Positions 10,099 through 19,643 of a stretch of DNA of 64,000 bases are shown piece after piece. The position numbers and the translations under genes were made by a program. Numbering within the stretch: position 1 is the first letter of the stretch; each line of letters opens with the position of its first letter. The notes beneath the pieces were generated by a model that was not told the origin of the DNA, searched no databases, and was given only the letters and a program-made list of their open reading frames with translations. Origin of the DNA: an uncultured Prevotella sp. (GTDB lineage: Bacteria; Bacteroidota; Bacteroidia; Bacteroidales; Bacteroidaceae); NCBI GenBank assembly GCA_900322035.1, contig ONYL01000007.1:8812-72811 (forward strand), written 5' to 3'.

Positions 10099-10688
10099 TC
10101 GCCTTCTTTTCCTAACCGAATCGCACCAAACACGGCATAGTTGATGATGTCCATATAGTTGGCACCAATGCCTTCCGATACCAAAGCCTGTTCATGGATA
10201 TCCTCCAACTCTTTCACGCGCTCTATTTTTGTAAGAATGAAATCGGTATAGCTCTCCACGCGCATGTCGCGCCAGGCTTCCCCGTAGTCATTGTTCTTCT
10301 TGGTCATGAGTTCGAAGGCCTGCTTGGCATATCGCGAATATAAAGCCAAGGCTTCGTCGGGGGTCATATCAACAGTGTCAGAGAAGCCTTTCTCCAACTG
10401 GATAAGTCCCACGAGCCCATAGTTAATCAGGGCGATGAACTCCGGGCGAATGCCTTCGCCCACGAGCGACTTGCCCGTTGTCTCTAAAGTACGGATTCGC
10501 CGTGCCTTGATCAAGAGCTGGTCGGTGAGCGACGACGGTCTGAGCAACCGCCACGACGCTCCATAGTCATGGAGCTTCTTGGCAAAGAGCTCCCGGCACT
10601 CGTCCATCACGCTTTTAAACTCCTGATTGGTAATATTCAAATCAGCCACTTTACAGTTATCATCTTTAGGGTTTGCAACTTGCATCAA
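10095..10688 (-). CDS. DUF1599 domain protein
   Basis: Duplicated KK..DYG..WR motif ([22 protein letters not shown]) and the usual position upstream of BT_3928/tpiA. Confidence 0.88.
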   Translation of the reverse strand: MMQVANPKDDNCKVADLNITNQEFKSVMDECRELFAKKLHDYGASWRLLRPSSLTDQLLIKARRIRTLETTGKSLVGEGIRPEFIALINYGLVGLIQLEKGFSDTVDMTPDEALALYSRYAKQAFELMTKKNNDYGEAWRDMRVESYTDFILTKIERVKELEDIHEQALVSEGIGANYMDIINYAVFGAIRLGKEGE

Positions 10689-10723
10689 GCTTCTATAACT
10701 ATAACGTTATTTACGGGCTTGTG

Positions 10724-10781
10724 GTAGGAGATGCGGCGTCCCACCGCATGACTCACACGACGGGGACGCCGTGTCTCCTAC
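10724..10781. repeat. REP-like inverted doublet bounded by GTAG...CTAC
   Basis: GTAGGAGATGCGGCGTCCC ... GGGACGCCGTGTCTCCTAC; each arm has its own internal hairpin. Confidence 0.6.
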
Positions 10782-10932
10782 TTGTCAGCTGCAAAGTTAC
10801 GAAAAAGAAAAGAGATAGCGCATGATTTATTGCTTTTTTTGATTTCTTCAAGATTGTAGGCACGGCGGCGGATTGGACTTGCCGACTGCCTTCTACGGCA
10901 AAGTTGTAGACAATATTGATAATCCACATGCG

Positions 10933-11020
10933 GCAACCGTGTGGCGAACGCCATGCAACCGTGTGGCGAACGCCATGCAACCGTGTGGCGAATGCCATGC
11001 AACCGTGTGACGAACGCCGC
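10933..11020. repeat. 22-bp tandem repeat GCAACCGTGTGGCGAACGCCAT x4
   Basis: Directly visible; copies 3 and 4 carry 1-3 substitutions. Confidence 0.92.
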
Positions 11021-11102
11021 AATTTGTCTACGGATGATGCGAGAGAGATACATGCCCACGGTGTAAGAAATAAATGATATCTATGAAGGCATAGGGAAAG
11101 AA

Positions 11103-11140
11103 AAAAAGGCAAGAACTGAAACCTCAGCACCTGCCTTTTT
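11103..11140 (-). terminator. Terminator downstream of tRNA-Pro
   Basis: AAAAAGGCA...TGCCTTTTT inverted repeat flanked by A/T runs. Confidence 0.6.
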
Positions 11141-11149
11141 ACTGCTTTG

Positions 11150-11222
11150 TCGGGATGACAAGACTCGAACTTGCGACCTCACGCCCCCCAGACGCGTGCG
11201 CTACCAACTGCGCTACATCCCG
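11150..11222 (-). tRNA. tRNA-Pro(GGG)
   Basis: CGGGATGTAGCGCAGTTGGTAGCGCACGCGTCTGGGGGGCGTGAGGTCGCAAGTTCGAGTCTTGTCATCCCGA folds as a cloverleaf with anticodon GGG; CCA is not encoded. Confidence 0.96.
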
Positions 11223-11232
11223 TAAGCGAGTG

Positions 11233-11264
11233 CAAAGGTATACACATTTTTGGTAACCACCAAA
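11233..11264 (-). promoter_or_regulatory. Bacteroidota -33/-7 promoter of tRNA-Pro
   Basis: TTTG-N20-TACCTTTG on the minus strand. Confidence 0.8.
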
Positions 11265-11510
11265 TTTTACGCCGACTTTTTTATCCCCGACTTGCATTTT
11301 TCTCTATTTTACCGTGCTGAAAAGGGTTTCCGATAGGTTTTCTCGCCGATTTTTTTCGGTAAGCGTCCACAACACGAGGTCCAAATACGCCCCAAAAGAA
11401 TCACCTAACCAAGAAAATTGATGAAGATTAAGACCAAATAATTTTGTCGTTCGCCTATTTTTGTTATTTTTGCAAAACGAACATGTTCTCTTTTCATTTG
11501 TAATTATTTT

Positions 11511-12755
11511 ATGCTTCAATATACCATCAAAGCCCCCAGCCGGCTACGTGCCAACATAGCACTGCCGCCATCGAAGAGTATCAGCAACAGGGCACTCATC
11601 CTGCAGGCGCTGTCGGGGAGCGCAGCTTTCCCCGAAAACATCTCCGAGTGCGACGACACGAAGGTCATGCTACGGGCTTTGGAACTGATGCCCCGTGTGA
11701 TCGACGTGGGAGCGGGCGGCACGGCGATGCGTTTTCTCACGGCCTACCTCAGCGTCACACCCGGCGAACATATCATCACGGGCTCCCAACGCATGCTCCA
11801 TCGCCCTATCGGCACGCTGGTCGACGCGCTTCGCCGTCTGGGCGCAGACATCGAATACCAAGGCGAGGCAGGCTATCCCCCACTGGCGATCCGCGGGAAG
11901 TCGCTCCGTGGCGGACACATCGACATTCCCAGCGATGTCAGCTCGCAGTATATCTCAGCCTTGCTGATGATCGCTCCCACACTCAAGGAGGGACTGGAAT
12001 TGCGGCTGGTGGGCAATGTGGCCTCACGGCCCTATATCGACTTGACACTCCACGTGATGCACGACTATGGCGCAAAGGCCAACTGGACCGACGTAGATAC
12101 GATCACCGTCAGCCCCGGCCGGTATAAGCCATGCCGCTACCGAATAGAGAGCGACTGGAGCGCCGCCAGTTACTGGTATGAGATGCTGATCCTCAGCAAC
12201 GACGAGGAGGCTGTGATGAGTCTTGGCGGACTGCGCGACGGTTCACGACAGGGCGATTCCATGGTCCGCTACATCGCCTCGCTCTTCGGTATCAGAACCA
12301 TCATCGAACGGGGCGACTGCAACGACTCACCGCATATGGTGATCACCAAGGCACTGCGGCCGGTGCAGCGGCTGGAATACAATTTCACCAACTGCCCCGA
12401 CCTGGCCCAAACATTCATTGTCGCGTGCGCGGCCTTAGGCATACCCTTCGATTTCACGGGACTGGGCTCTTTGAAAATCAAAGAGACCGACCGCATCGAA
12501 GCCATGAAGACAGAACTGAGGAAAATAGGTGTGGTGATCCGAGATCACGAAGACAGGGAACTCATTTGGGAAGGCGGACACTGTGATGCCACGTGGGAAC
12601 CCTTCGACACCTACAACGACCACCGCATGGCCATGGCCCTTGCGCCCCTGGCCTTGATCCACGGTGAGGTGAAAATCAATAACCCCCAAGTGGTGAGCAA
12701 GTCCTATCCCCAATATTGGGACCACTTGCGCCAGTCTGGATTCATCGTTGAATAA
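11511..12755 (+). CDS. aroA: 3-phosphoshikimate 1-carboxyvinyltransferase (EPSP synthase)
   Basis: SKSISNRAL, AGGTAMRF, SSQYISALL, KETDRI, DHRMAM and KSYP motifs. Confidence 0.97.
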   Translation: MLQYTIKAPSRLRANIALPPSKSISNRALILQALSGSAAFPENISECDDTKVMLRALELMPRVIDVGAGGTAMRFLTAYLSVTPGEHIITGSQRMLHRPIGTLVDALRRLGADIEYQGEAGYPPLAIRGKSLRGGHIDIPSDVSSQYISALLMIAPTLKEGLELRLVGNVASRPYIDLTLHVMHDYGAKANWTDVDTITVSPGRYKPCRYRIESDWSAASYWYEMLILSNDEEAVMSLGGLRDGSRQGDSMVRYIASLFGIRTIIERGDCNDSPHMVITKALRPVQRLEYNFTNCPDLAQTFIVACAALGIPFDFTGLGSLKIKETDRIEAMKTELRKIGVVIRDHEDRELIWEGGHCDATWEPFDTYNDHRMAMALAPLALIHGEVKINNPQVVSKSYPQYWDHLRQSGFIVE

Positions 12756-12762
12756 TACAGTC

Positions 12763-13155
12763 ATGATATACCTTATTATATTAATAGTAGCTTTGGGCAT
12801 CGTTTGTGCTGCCTACGAATGGATACAACAACGTCGAGGCAAGTCGCAGGCTGTCGTCATGCCCGAACAGTCGTCGTGCGCCACCTGCGACGGTGTCAAC
12901 GCCAAATGTGAGCAGGAATGCATGATGGAGGCTGCCGTGAAGGATGTGGTCTACTTCGATGACGAGGAGCTCGATGCCTACAAAGGGCGGCCTTCCGACC
13001 AGTATACCGACAAGGAAGCCGAAGAGTTTGCCGATGTGATGTACACCATGCGCCCCGAGGAAGTGAAGGAATGGAACCGTTCACTCATCATGAGGGGCAT
13101 CAACATGCCCAACCAGATCAAAGACGACTTCGTCACCCTGGCATCCGAAGGATAA
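12763..13155 (+). CDS. Hypothetical membrane-anchored protein with a Cys cluster
   Basis: N-terminal TM helix, CATC...CEQEC and YFDDEELD motifs; starts just after aroA. Confidence 0.75.
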   Translation: MIYLIILIVALGIVCAAYEWIQQRRGKSQAVVMPEQSSCATCDGVNAKCEQECMMEAAVKDVVYFDDEELDAYKGRPSDQYTDKEAEEFADVMYTMRPEEVKEWNRSLIMRGINMPNQIKDDFVTLASEG

Positions 13156-13291
13156 CGCCTGTCACCAACCTGAGCGTCGTTCCGCGCGATGCTTCCCGGT
13201 CTGGCTTCTCACGAAAAGAGGCCCCTTCAGCTACTTCTGCCGTGCAATATTTTGCCGGTTGATCCGTTTTTATTCAAACATAGAATTCAAT

Positions 13292-16200
13292 TTGAAGACC
13301 AAAGCGTTATATTTCGTTCTTTTCCTGTTCTGCACCGGCATGCTCATCGGATGTTCCACGCAGAAGAACACCGCCAAGAGCCGTTGGTGGCACTCTTTCA
13401 CTGCGCGCTACAACACCTATTACAATGGTACACTGGCCTACATCGAAGGTTCGTTGAATAAAGAACAGAACAACCAGGACAACTATACCGAAATCATCCC
13501 TCTCTACACAGTAGGCAACAAGAGCAGCCGCGAGATAGGTAAAAGCAACTTCGACCGGGCTATCACAAAATGCCAAAAAGCTATCAAGCAGCACAGTATC
13601 AAGCGGCGCCCGCAATGGACCAAAAGCCGCAAGAAGACGCCACGTGATCTGGAGTGGCTCAACCGGCGGGAGTATAATCCCTTTCTATGGAAAGCATGGC
13701 TGCTCATGGGACGCTCACAATTCCATGAAGGCAAATTCGATGAGGCAGCCTCCACGTTTGCCTACATGAGCCGGCTCTACCAGACGCAGCCCGCCATCTA
13801 TGGCCGGGCCCGGGCATGGCTGGCCAAATGCTATGTGGAGGAAGGCTGGCTCTACGATGCCGAAGACGTGATTCGCAACATGAAACGCGACAGCATCCAT
13901 TGGCGTGCCCGCAAAGAGTGGGACTACACCTATGCCGACTACTATATCCACACAGGCGACTACAAGCAGGCCATCCCCTATCTGCGCAAGGTGATCAAAC
14001 ACGAGATGCGCCGCAAGCAGAAAGCGCGGGAATGGTTCCTGCTTGGCCAACTCTATGAGGCCATCGGCAGCAACCGTGAGGCCTACAAAGCTTACAGCCA
14101 CGTCTCCCGACTGGCTCCACCCTACCAACTCGACTTCAACGCACGCATTGCGATGACCGAAGTGTTGTCGGCCGGACAGTCGAAGAAAATGATCGGACGA
14201 CTGAAGCGCATGGCGGCCAACGACAACAACAAAGATTATCTCGACCAGGTGTATTATGCGATCGGAAATATCTATCTGGCCCAGCGCGACACGCTGAAAG
14301 CTTTGTCGGCCTTCGAGAAAGGCAACAAGAAGGCCACCCGCTCGGGCGTTGAGAAGGGCGTACTGCTGCTCAAGTTGGGGAATCTCTATTGGACCATGGA
14401 AAGATATGCCGATGCCCAGCGATGCTACGGCGAGGCCATCGGACTGCTCGACAAGGAACGGCCCGACTACGAGCAGTTGTCGGCAAGGTCGAAAGTGCTC
14501 GACGAACTGGTGCCCTACACTGAGGCCATTCACTTGCAGGACTCCCTTCAGGCATTGGCCAAGATGGACGAGAAAAGTCGTAACCAGGCCATCGACCGCG
14601 TAATCGATGCCCTAAAGAAAAAAGAAAAAGAGGAGCGCCAGGCGCAGGCCGAGGCCAACGCTCAGCAAAACGGCAACAGCGGTTTCGACAATAACAACAA
14701 GAGAAACAATACGCCAACGACACAAAATCAGCAGGGCGCATGGTACTTCTACAATCCGCTGGCCGTCAGCCAAGGTAAGTCGCAATTCCAGCGTCAATGG
14801 GGTAAGCGAGAGAATGTGGACGACTGGCAAAGATACAACAAGACCGTCGTTGCAGGATTGGGCGACAACAATCTCACAGAGGCTCAGGCCGATTCCATAG
14901 CAGCGGCCGAAGCGGCCGCCGACTCGCTGAGCAACGTTGCCGACTCTGCGCAAAACGACCCTCACAAGCGGGAATATTATCTCAAGCAAATTCCCTTTAC
15001 CGAAGAACAAGTGGCCGAGAGCAACAACATCATCAAGGATGGGCTGTTCAACAGCGGCGTGATTTTTAAGGACAAACTTGACAACCTTCTGCTCAGCGAG
15101 AAGCAGTTCAAGCGTTTGCTTTCTCAATATCCCGACTTCGACAGGATGGCCGATGTCTACTATCACCTCTTCTTGTTGTACAGCCGGAAAGGTGACCACA
15201 CAACAGCGCAGCAATATGTAGATCGGCTGAAATCGGATTATCCGGAGAGTCCGTGGACTACGTTGCTCACCGATCCCTACTTTGCCCAAAACGCGCGCGA
15301 GGGAGTGCATCTTGAGGACTCGCTATATGCTGCCACATACAATGCCTTCAAAGCCGACCGATATGCGGAAGTGGCCGCCAACGCACATCTCTCTCAGACA
15401 CGGTTCCCCTTAGGAGCCAATCGGGATAAATTCCTCTTCATTGGCGGTCTGAGCAAGCTGAATGAGGGAGACACCAAGGCGTGCATGGATGACATGCAGC
15501 AGATTGTAGAAAAATATCCCAAGAGTGAGGTGAGCGAGATGGCCGGAATGATCATCAATGGCGTGAAGGCCGGGCGAAGGCTGCACGGCGGAAAGTTCGA
15601 TTTGGGCAATGTGTGGGAACGACGCAGTGCCGTCATGGCCGACAGCGATTCGATCAACGCTCAGAAGTTCTCCAACGAACGAAACACCAATTTCACTTTC
15701 ATGCTGGTCTACAGTCCCGACTCGGTGAACGAGAATCAGTTGCTCTTCCAACTGGCCAAATACAACTTCTCCAGCTATCTGGTCCGCAACTTCGACATTA
15801 ATATCGAAGACGACAACGGGCTGCATCGAATGATGGTGAGCGGATTCCGCAACTACGACGAAGCCATTCAATATGCCCGCAGTGTGTATGCCAACAGATC
15901 CGTCATGACGGCTTTACGCAAAGGCCGAGGAATCATCATCAGTGATGTGAATCTCCCTCTCTTGGGCAAGCAGTTCAGCTATGACGACTACGACAAGTTC
16001 TATGCCAAGCATTTTGCTCCGCTCAAGGTGAGTACCTTCCAGTTGCTGACCGAGCCCGATGAAATCATTACCCGTCCGGCAACGGAGAAGAGTCCTACAC
16101 AAACCGATGTCGACAACATGCTCGAAGACGGTATCTATATCGATAACGGACTGACACCCGACGACAATACCAACGGTGGCACTTACGACATTCAAGAGCA

Positions 16201-16792
16201 TGCCGACAGTATCTCCACAACGCAGCCGGCCAACACCTTCGACATCCAACAGACCACGGAAGCCCCGCAGAGCACGGAAACTTACGACATCAACGGATCG
16301 ACAGGCAACGGACAGGCCAACAAAGCTGAGCCTACGACGACTCCGCAGCAGGAAGAAACGCCTAATCAACCGGTCAAGACCGATTTGCAAACAGATATCC
16401 ATCAGCCAAAAACGACTCAGCAACTGGAAAAGAGTGAACCGGTAGAGAACAACAAACAGGTGAAGGAAGAACAGCAGAACGCTGAAACAAAGGAGACTGG
16501 CATGGGAGAAGTGGCTGGCAACAAGAAGGATACCGAACAGACAGTCCAAAAAGACAACACGGGCACAACAGCTAAGCCGGAGACACCGGCGAAGTCGGAA
16601 AAGACGAATAGCTTCATCTTCGACGACGATGAATATTCCATCGAGGACTCCACACTGCCCAAAAAGCAGCAAGAGGTGAAGAAAAAGGAGACGGAGAACA
16701 ACACGTCCAAGACAGAAACCTCCAAAAAAGAGAAGAAAAAGGAGGACAGCCATGTGCTGGAAGATGAATACTACGACTTGGACGGATTTTAA
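13292..16792 (+). CDS. porW: T9SS periplasmic TPR lipoprotein PorW/SprE
   Basis: Lipobox LIGC followed by STQKNT..SRWWHSFTARYNTYYNG, many TPRs, WYFYNP...F...WGKREN.DDW, and position directly upstream of porX. The start (TTG 13259 or 13292) is uncertain. Confidence 0.8.
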   Translation: MKTKALYFVLFLFCTGMLIGCSTQKNTAKSRWWHSFTARYNTYYNGTLAYIEGSLNKEQNNQDNYTEIIPLYTVGNKSSREIGKSNFDRAITKCQKAIKQHSIKRRPQWTKSRKKTPRDLEWLNRREYNPFLWKAWLLMGRSQFHEGKFDEAASTFAYMSRLYQTQPAIYGRARAWLAKCYVEEGWLYDAEDVIRNMKRDSIHWRARKEWDYTYADYYIHTGDYKQAIPYLRKVIKHEMRRKQKAREWFLLGQLYEAIGSNREAYKAYSHVSRLAPPYQLDFNARIAMTEVLSAGQSKKMIGRLKRMAANDNNKDYLDQVYYAIGNIYLAQRDTLKALSAFEKGNKKATRSGVEKGVLLLKLGNLYWTMERYADAQRCYGEAIGLLDKERPDYEQLSARSKVLDELVPYTEAIHLQDSLQALAKMDEKSRNQAIDRVIDALKKKEKEERQAQAEANAQQNGNSGFDNNNKRNNTPTTQNQQGAWYFYNPLAVSQGKSQFQRQWGKRENVDDWQRYNKTVVAGLGDNNLTEAQADSIAAAEAAADSLSNVADSAQNDPHKREYYLKQIPFTEEQVAESNNIIKDGLFNSGVIFKDKLDNLLLSEKQFKRLLSQYPDFDRMADVYYHLFLLYSRKGDHTTAQQYVDRLKSDYPESPWTTLLTDPYFAQNAREGVHLEDSLYAATYNAFKADRYAEVAANAHLSQTRFPLGANRDKFLFIGGLSKLNEGDTKACMDDMQQIVEKYPKSEVSEMAGMIINGVKAGRRLHGGKFDLGNVWERRSAVMADSDSINAQKFSNERNTNFTFMLVYSPDSVNENQLLFQLAKYNFSSYLVRNFDINIEDDNGLHRMMVSGFRNYDEAIQYARSVYANRSVMTALRKGRGIIISDVNLPLLGKQFSYDDYDKFYAKHFAPLKVSTFQLLTEPDEIITRPATEKSPTQTDVDNMLEDGIYIDNGLTPDDNTNGGTYDIQEHADSISTTQPANTFDIQQTTEAPQSTETYDINGSTGNGQANKAEPTTTPQQEETPNQPVKTDLQTDIHQPKTTQQLEKSEPVENNKQVKEEQQNAETKETGMGEVAGNKKDTEQTVQKDNTGTTAKPETPAKSEKTNSFIFDDDEYSIEDSTLPKKQQEVKKKETENNTSKTETSKKEKKKEDSHVLEDEYYDLDGF

Positions 16793-16830
16793 ACAGATAT
16801 TGCCCAGAAAAGTAAGAAAGGACAAACAAC

Positions 16831-18408
16831 ATGAATTATAATGGATTATTGCTTTGGGTAGACGACGAGATCGAGCTTCTCAAAGCCCACATCATCTTCC
16901 TTGAGAAGAAAGGCTACGAGGTGGTCACCGTCAGCAATGGTGCCGATGCCATTGAGGAATGTCGTCGCCACACCTTCGATCTTGTGCTTCTCGACGAGAT
17001 GATGCCGGGGCTTTCGGGTCTGGAGACTCTGCAACGCATCAAGGAAATCCAACCCGCCACCCCCATCGTCATGGTGACGAAGAGCGAGGAGGAAAATATC
17101 ATGGACCAGGCCATCGGCTCCAAGATTGCCGACTATCTCATCAAGCCCGTCAATCCCAACCAGATTCTGCTAACGTTGAAGAAGAACATCCATCGCAAGG
17201 AAATCGTAACTGAGGTGACGCAGTCGGGATATCAGCAGAGCTATCAGGATATCACAATGAGCATAGCATCTGCCAACACGCTGCAAGAATGGAAAGACAT
17301 CTATAAGAAATTAGTACACTGGGAACTCGAGCTCAGCTATACGAACAGTCAGATGACCGATGTCCTTCACATGCAGAAAGAAGAGGCCGACGCAGGATTT
17401 GCCAAATACATCAAGACAAATTACATGAAATGGATGTCGGCCCGTGCGAAGGGAGCCAAGCCCGAAACCGACGAGCTGCCTCTGATGAGTCCCGACATCT
17501 TCCGCAACCGCATCTTTCCCTTGCTCGACAAAGGTGAGAAGATCTTCATGATCGTCATCGACAATTTCCGCTACGACCAGTGGCGAGTCTTGGCCCAGGC
17601 GATCGGCGATCTCTTCGACATCGATGAGGATATGTACGTGAGCATTCTGCCTACGGCTACACAATATGCACGCAATGCCATTTTCTCCGGACTTATGCCC
17701 GAGAAGATAGCAAAGATGTTTCCTGAACTGTGGGTCGACGAGGATGAGGAAGAAGGAAAGAACCTCAACGAGGGGCCGCTGATACAGACACAGATCAACC
17801 GATTCCGCCGCCATGACACTTACTCCTACTTCAAAATCAACAACACGGTGGGTTCTGAACGATATATCGAACGGTTGGACACACTGAAAGACAATGATCT
17901 CAACGTATTAGTGGTCAACTTTATCGACATGCTGTCCCACGCCCGCACAGAGTCGAAGATGGTGCGCGAGCTCGCCAACAACGAGAGTGCCTACAGAAGT
18001 ATCACGCTTTCCTGGTTTCAACACAGCATCTTAGCCGACTTGTTCAAGGTTCTTGCCGAGAGCAACTACAAGGTGATCCTCACCACCGACCACGGTTCCA
18101 TTCGCGTGCAGAAGCCAGTAAAAATCATCGGTGACCGCAACACCAACACCAATCTTCGTTACAAATTGGGGAAGAGCCTAAGTTACAACAACAAGGAGCT
18201 GTTCACCATCCACGATCCCAAGGCGGCATTCCTGCCACAGCCCAACATCAGCACCACCTACGTATTTGCCACCGGCAACAGCTTCTTTGCCTACCCCAAC
18301 AACTACAACTACTATGTGTCCTATTATAAGGATACGTTTCAGCACGGCGGTATCAGCATGGAGGAGATGCTCATCCCCCTCATTACGCTGTCGGCAAGAA
18401 AGAGATAA
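16831..18408 (+). CDS. porX: T9SS response regulator PorX (receiver + PglZ/alkaline-phosphatase domain)
   Basis: LLWVDDEIELLK, LLDEMMPG, DNFRYDQW, ILPTATQYARNAIFSG, TTDHG and TFQHGGISMEEM motifs; followed by tsaE. Confidence 0.93.
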   Translation: MNYNGLLLWVDDEIELLKAHIIFLEKKGYEVVTVSNGADAIEECRRHTFDLVLLDEMMPGLSGLETLQRIKEIQPATPIVMVTKSEEENIMDQAIGSKIADYLIKPVNPNQILLTLKKNIHRKEIVTEVTQSGYQQSYQDITMSIASANTLQEWKDIYKKLVHWELELSYTNSQMTDVLHMQKEEADAGFAKYIKTNYMKWMSARAKGAKPETDELPLMSPDIFRNRIFPLLDKGEKIFMIVIDNFRYDQWRVLAQAIGDLFDIDEDMYVSILPTATQYARNAIFSGLMPEKIAKMFPELWVDEDEEEGKNLNEGPLIQTQINRFRRHDTYSYFKINNTVGSERYIERLDTLKDNDLNVLVVNFIDMLSHARTESKMVRELANNESAYRSITLSWFQHSILADLFKVLAESNYKVILTTDHGSIRVQKPVKIIGDRNTNTNLRYKLGKSLSYNNKELFTIHDPKAAFLPQPNISTTYVFATGNSFFAYPNNYNYYVSYYKDTFQHGGISMEEMLIPLITLSARKR

Positions 18409-18441
18409 TACGAATTTCCAAGAACCAACAATTTGCAAACA

Positions 18442-18852
18442 ATGAACTATACATTTTCGATCGACAACATTCACGATGCTGCCAAGACATTTATCAACAA
18501 CATGGGCACGGGCAAAGTATTTGCTTTCTACGGCAAGATGGGTGCCGGAAAGACCACCTTTATCAAAGCCGTGTGTGAAGAGTTAGGGGTGACGGATGTC
18601 ATCACCTCTCCCACCTTTGCCATCGTCAACGAATACCGCAGCGACACCACAGGTGAACTCATCTACCACTTCGACTTCTACCGCATAAAGAAGCTCGAAG
18701 AGGTTTACGACATGGGCTATGAAGACTACTTTTACAGCGGTGCGCTGTGCTTCTTGGAATGGCCAGAGTTGATTGAGGAGCTTTTGCCTTCTGATGCAGT
18801 TAAAGTCACCATCTCTGAAACAGCCAACGGAGACAGAATGATTGAATGGTAA
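18442..18852 (+). CDS. tsaE: tRNA t6A biosynthesis ATPase
   Basis: [29 protein letters not shown] and EWPE motifs. Confidence 0.96.
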   Translation: MNYTFSIDNIHDAAKTFINNMGTGKVFAFYGKMGAGKTTFIKAVCEELGVTDVITSPTFAIVNEYRSDTTGELIYHFDFYRIKKLEEVYDMGYEDYFYSGALCFLEWPELIEELLPSDAVKVTISETANGDRMIEW

Positions 18853-18934
18853 GGGCATAAGTGTTGCATGAAGCGCACGATAGGAGGCACCATCAGCAAC
18901 TGCTGTGGGCATTGTTTTAAGACATGATACAACC

Positions 18935-18972
18935 GGGCCGGATTCTTCGTTGAGGATCCGGCCCTCTTGTTA
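18935..18972 (+). terminator. Terminator of the porX-tsaE unit
   Basis: GGGCCGGATTCTT...GAGGATCCGGCCC stem followed by TCTTGTT. Confidence 0.7.
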
Positions 18973-19160
18973 TCAGGACATTGACCAAGTTCAAATTCAT
19001 AAACACCACATTTTCTCCTCCATGTTACCGAAAAACGGCAAGAACCGTCTGCCCGTAAAGAAAAGAAATGCCTGCATGGGAACGAAAAAAATAAAAACTA
19101 CGTTTTTTTTGGTTCTTAACCAAGAAATTACTAATTTAGCAACAAATTTCAATAGGCATT

Positions 19161-19631
19161 ATGAAGATGAAAAAATATATATGGTTGGTTGTCATCGCAT
19201 TGCTGACCTTTACCGGATGCGGGACGGGCAAGCTCTCGGTTGACGAAAGGAATGCGCTGGAAAAGAAAGTGGACCAAAGAGTCTTCACGGCTGATTTCGA
19301 CTATTGTACTCCTTTCAGAATGCCCGCACGACAACTCTCGTCGGAATACTTTGTCAGGCTCACTCCTGACACACTCTATTCGGCATTGCCTTATTTCGGC
19401 CAGGTACGCCATGTCCCCTATGGTGGCGGGACAGGACTCAATTTTGAGACGCGTGTGAAGAAGTTATCCGACAAGACCCAAAAGGGCGACTGGCGCACGT
19501 TCACGGTGGAAGTCAGTCACGAAGGCGACGACCTCGCTTACGTCTTCCACATCTACGACAACGGCAAGGTGACGCTCGATGTCACCTCGCGCGAGCGTGA
19601 CTACATCTCTTTTCAAGGACAAATCCGATAA
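19161..19631 (+). CDS. DUF4251-like lipoprotein
   Basis: Lipobox FTGC, SALPYFG...PYGGG and C-terminal ISFQGQI. Confidence 0.8.
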   Translation: MKMKKYIWLVVIALLTFTGCGTGKLSVDERNALEKKVDQRVFTADFDYCTPFRMPARQLSSEYFVRLTPDTLYSALPYFGQVRHVPYGGGTGLNFETRVKKLSDKTQKGDWRTFTVEVSHEGDDLAYVFHIYDNGKVTLDVTSRERDYISFQGQIR

Positions 19632-19643
19632 CCCACAGTTTCA

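Noticed and set aside
10753-11130. ORFs with repeated HTVAWRSPHGC peptides
   Set aside because: Translation of the 22-bp array; the period is not a multiple of 3, so it is unlikely to be coding.
11150-11300. tRNA-Pro as an integration site for an island
   Set aside because: No integrase, and no convincing duplicate of the tRNA 3' end noticed in the window; flanks are core genes.
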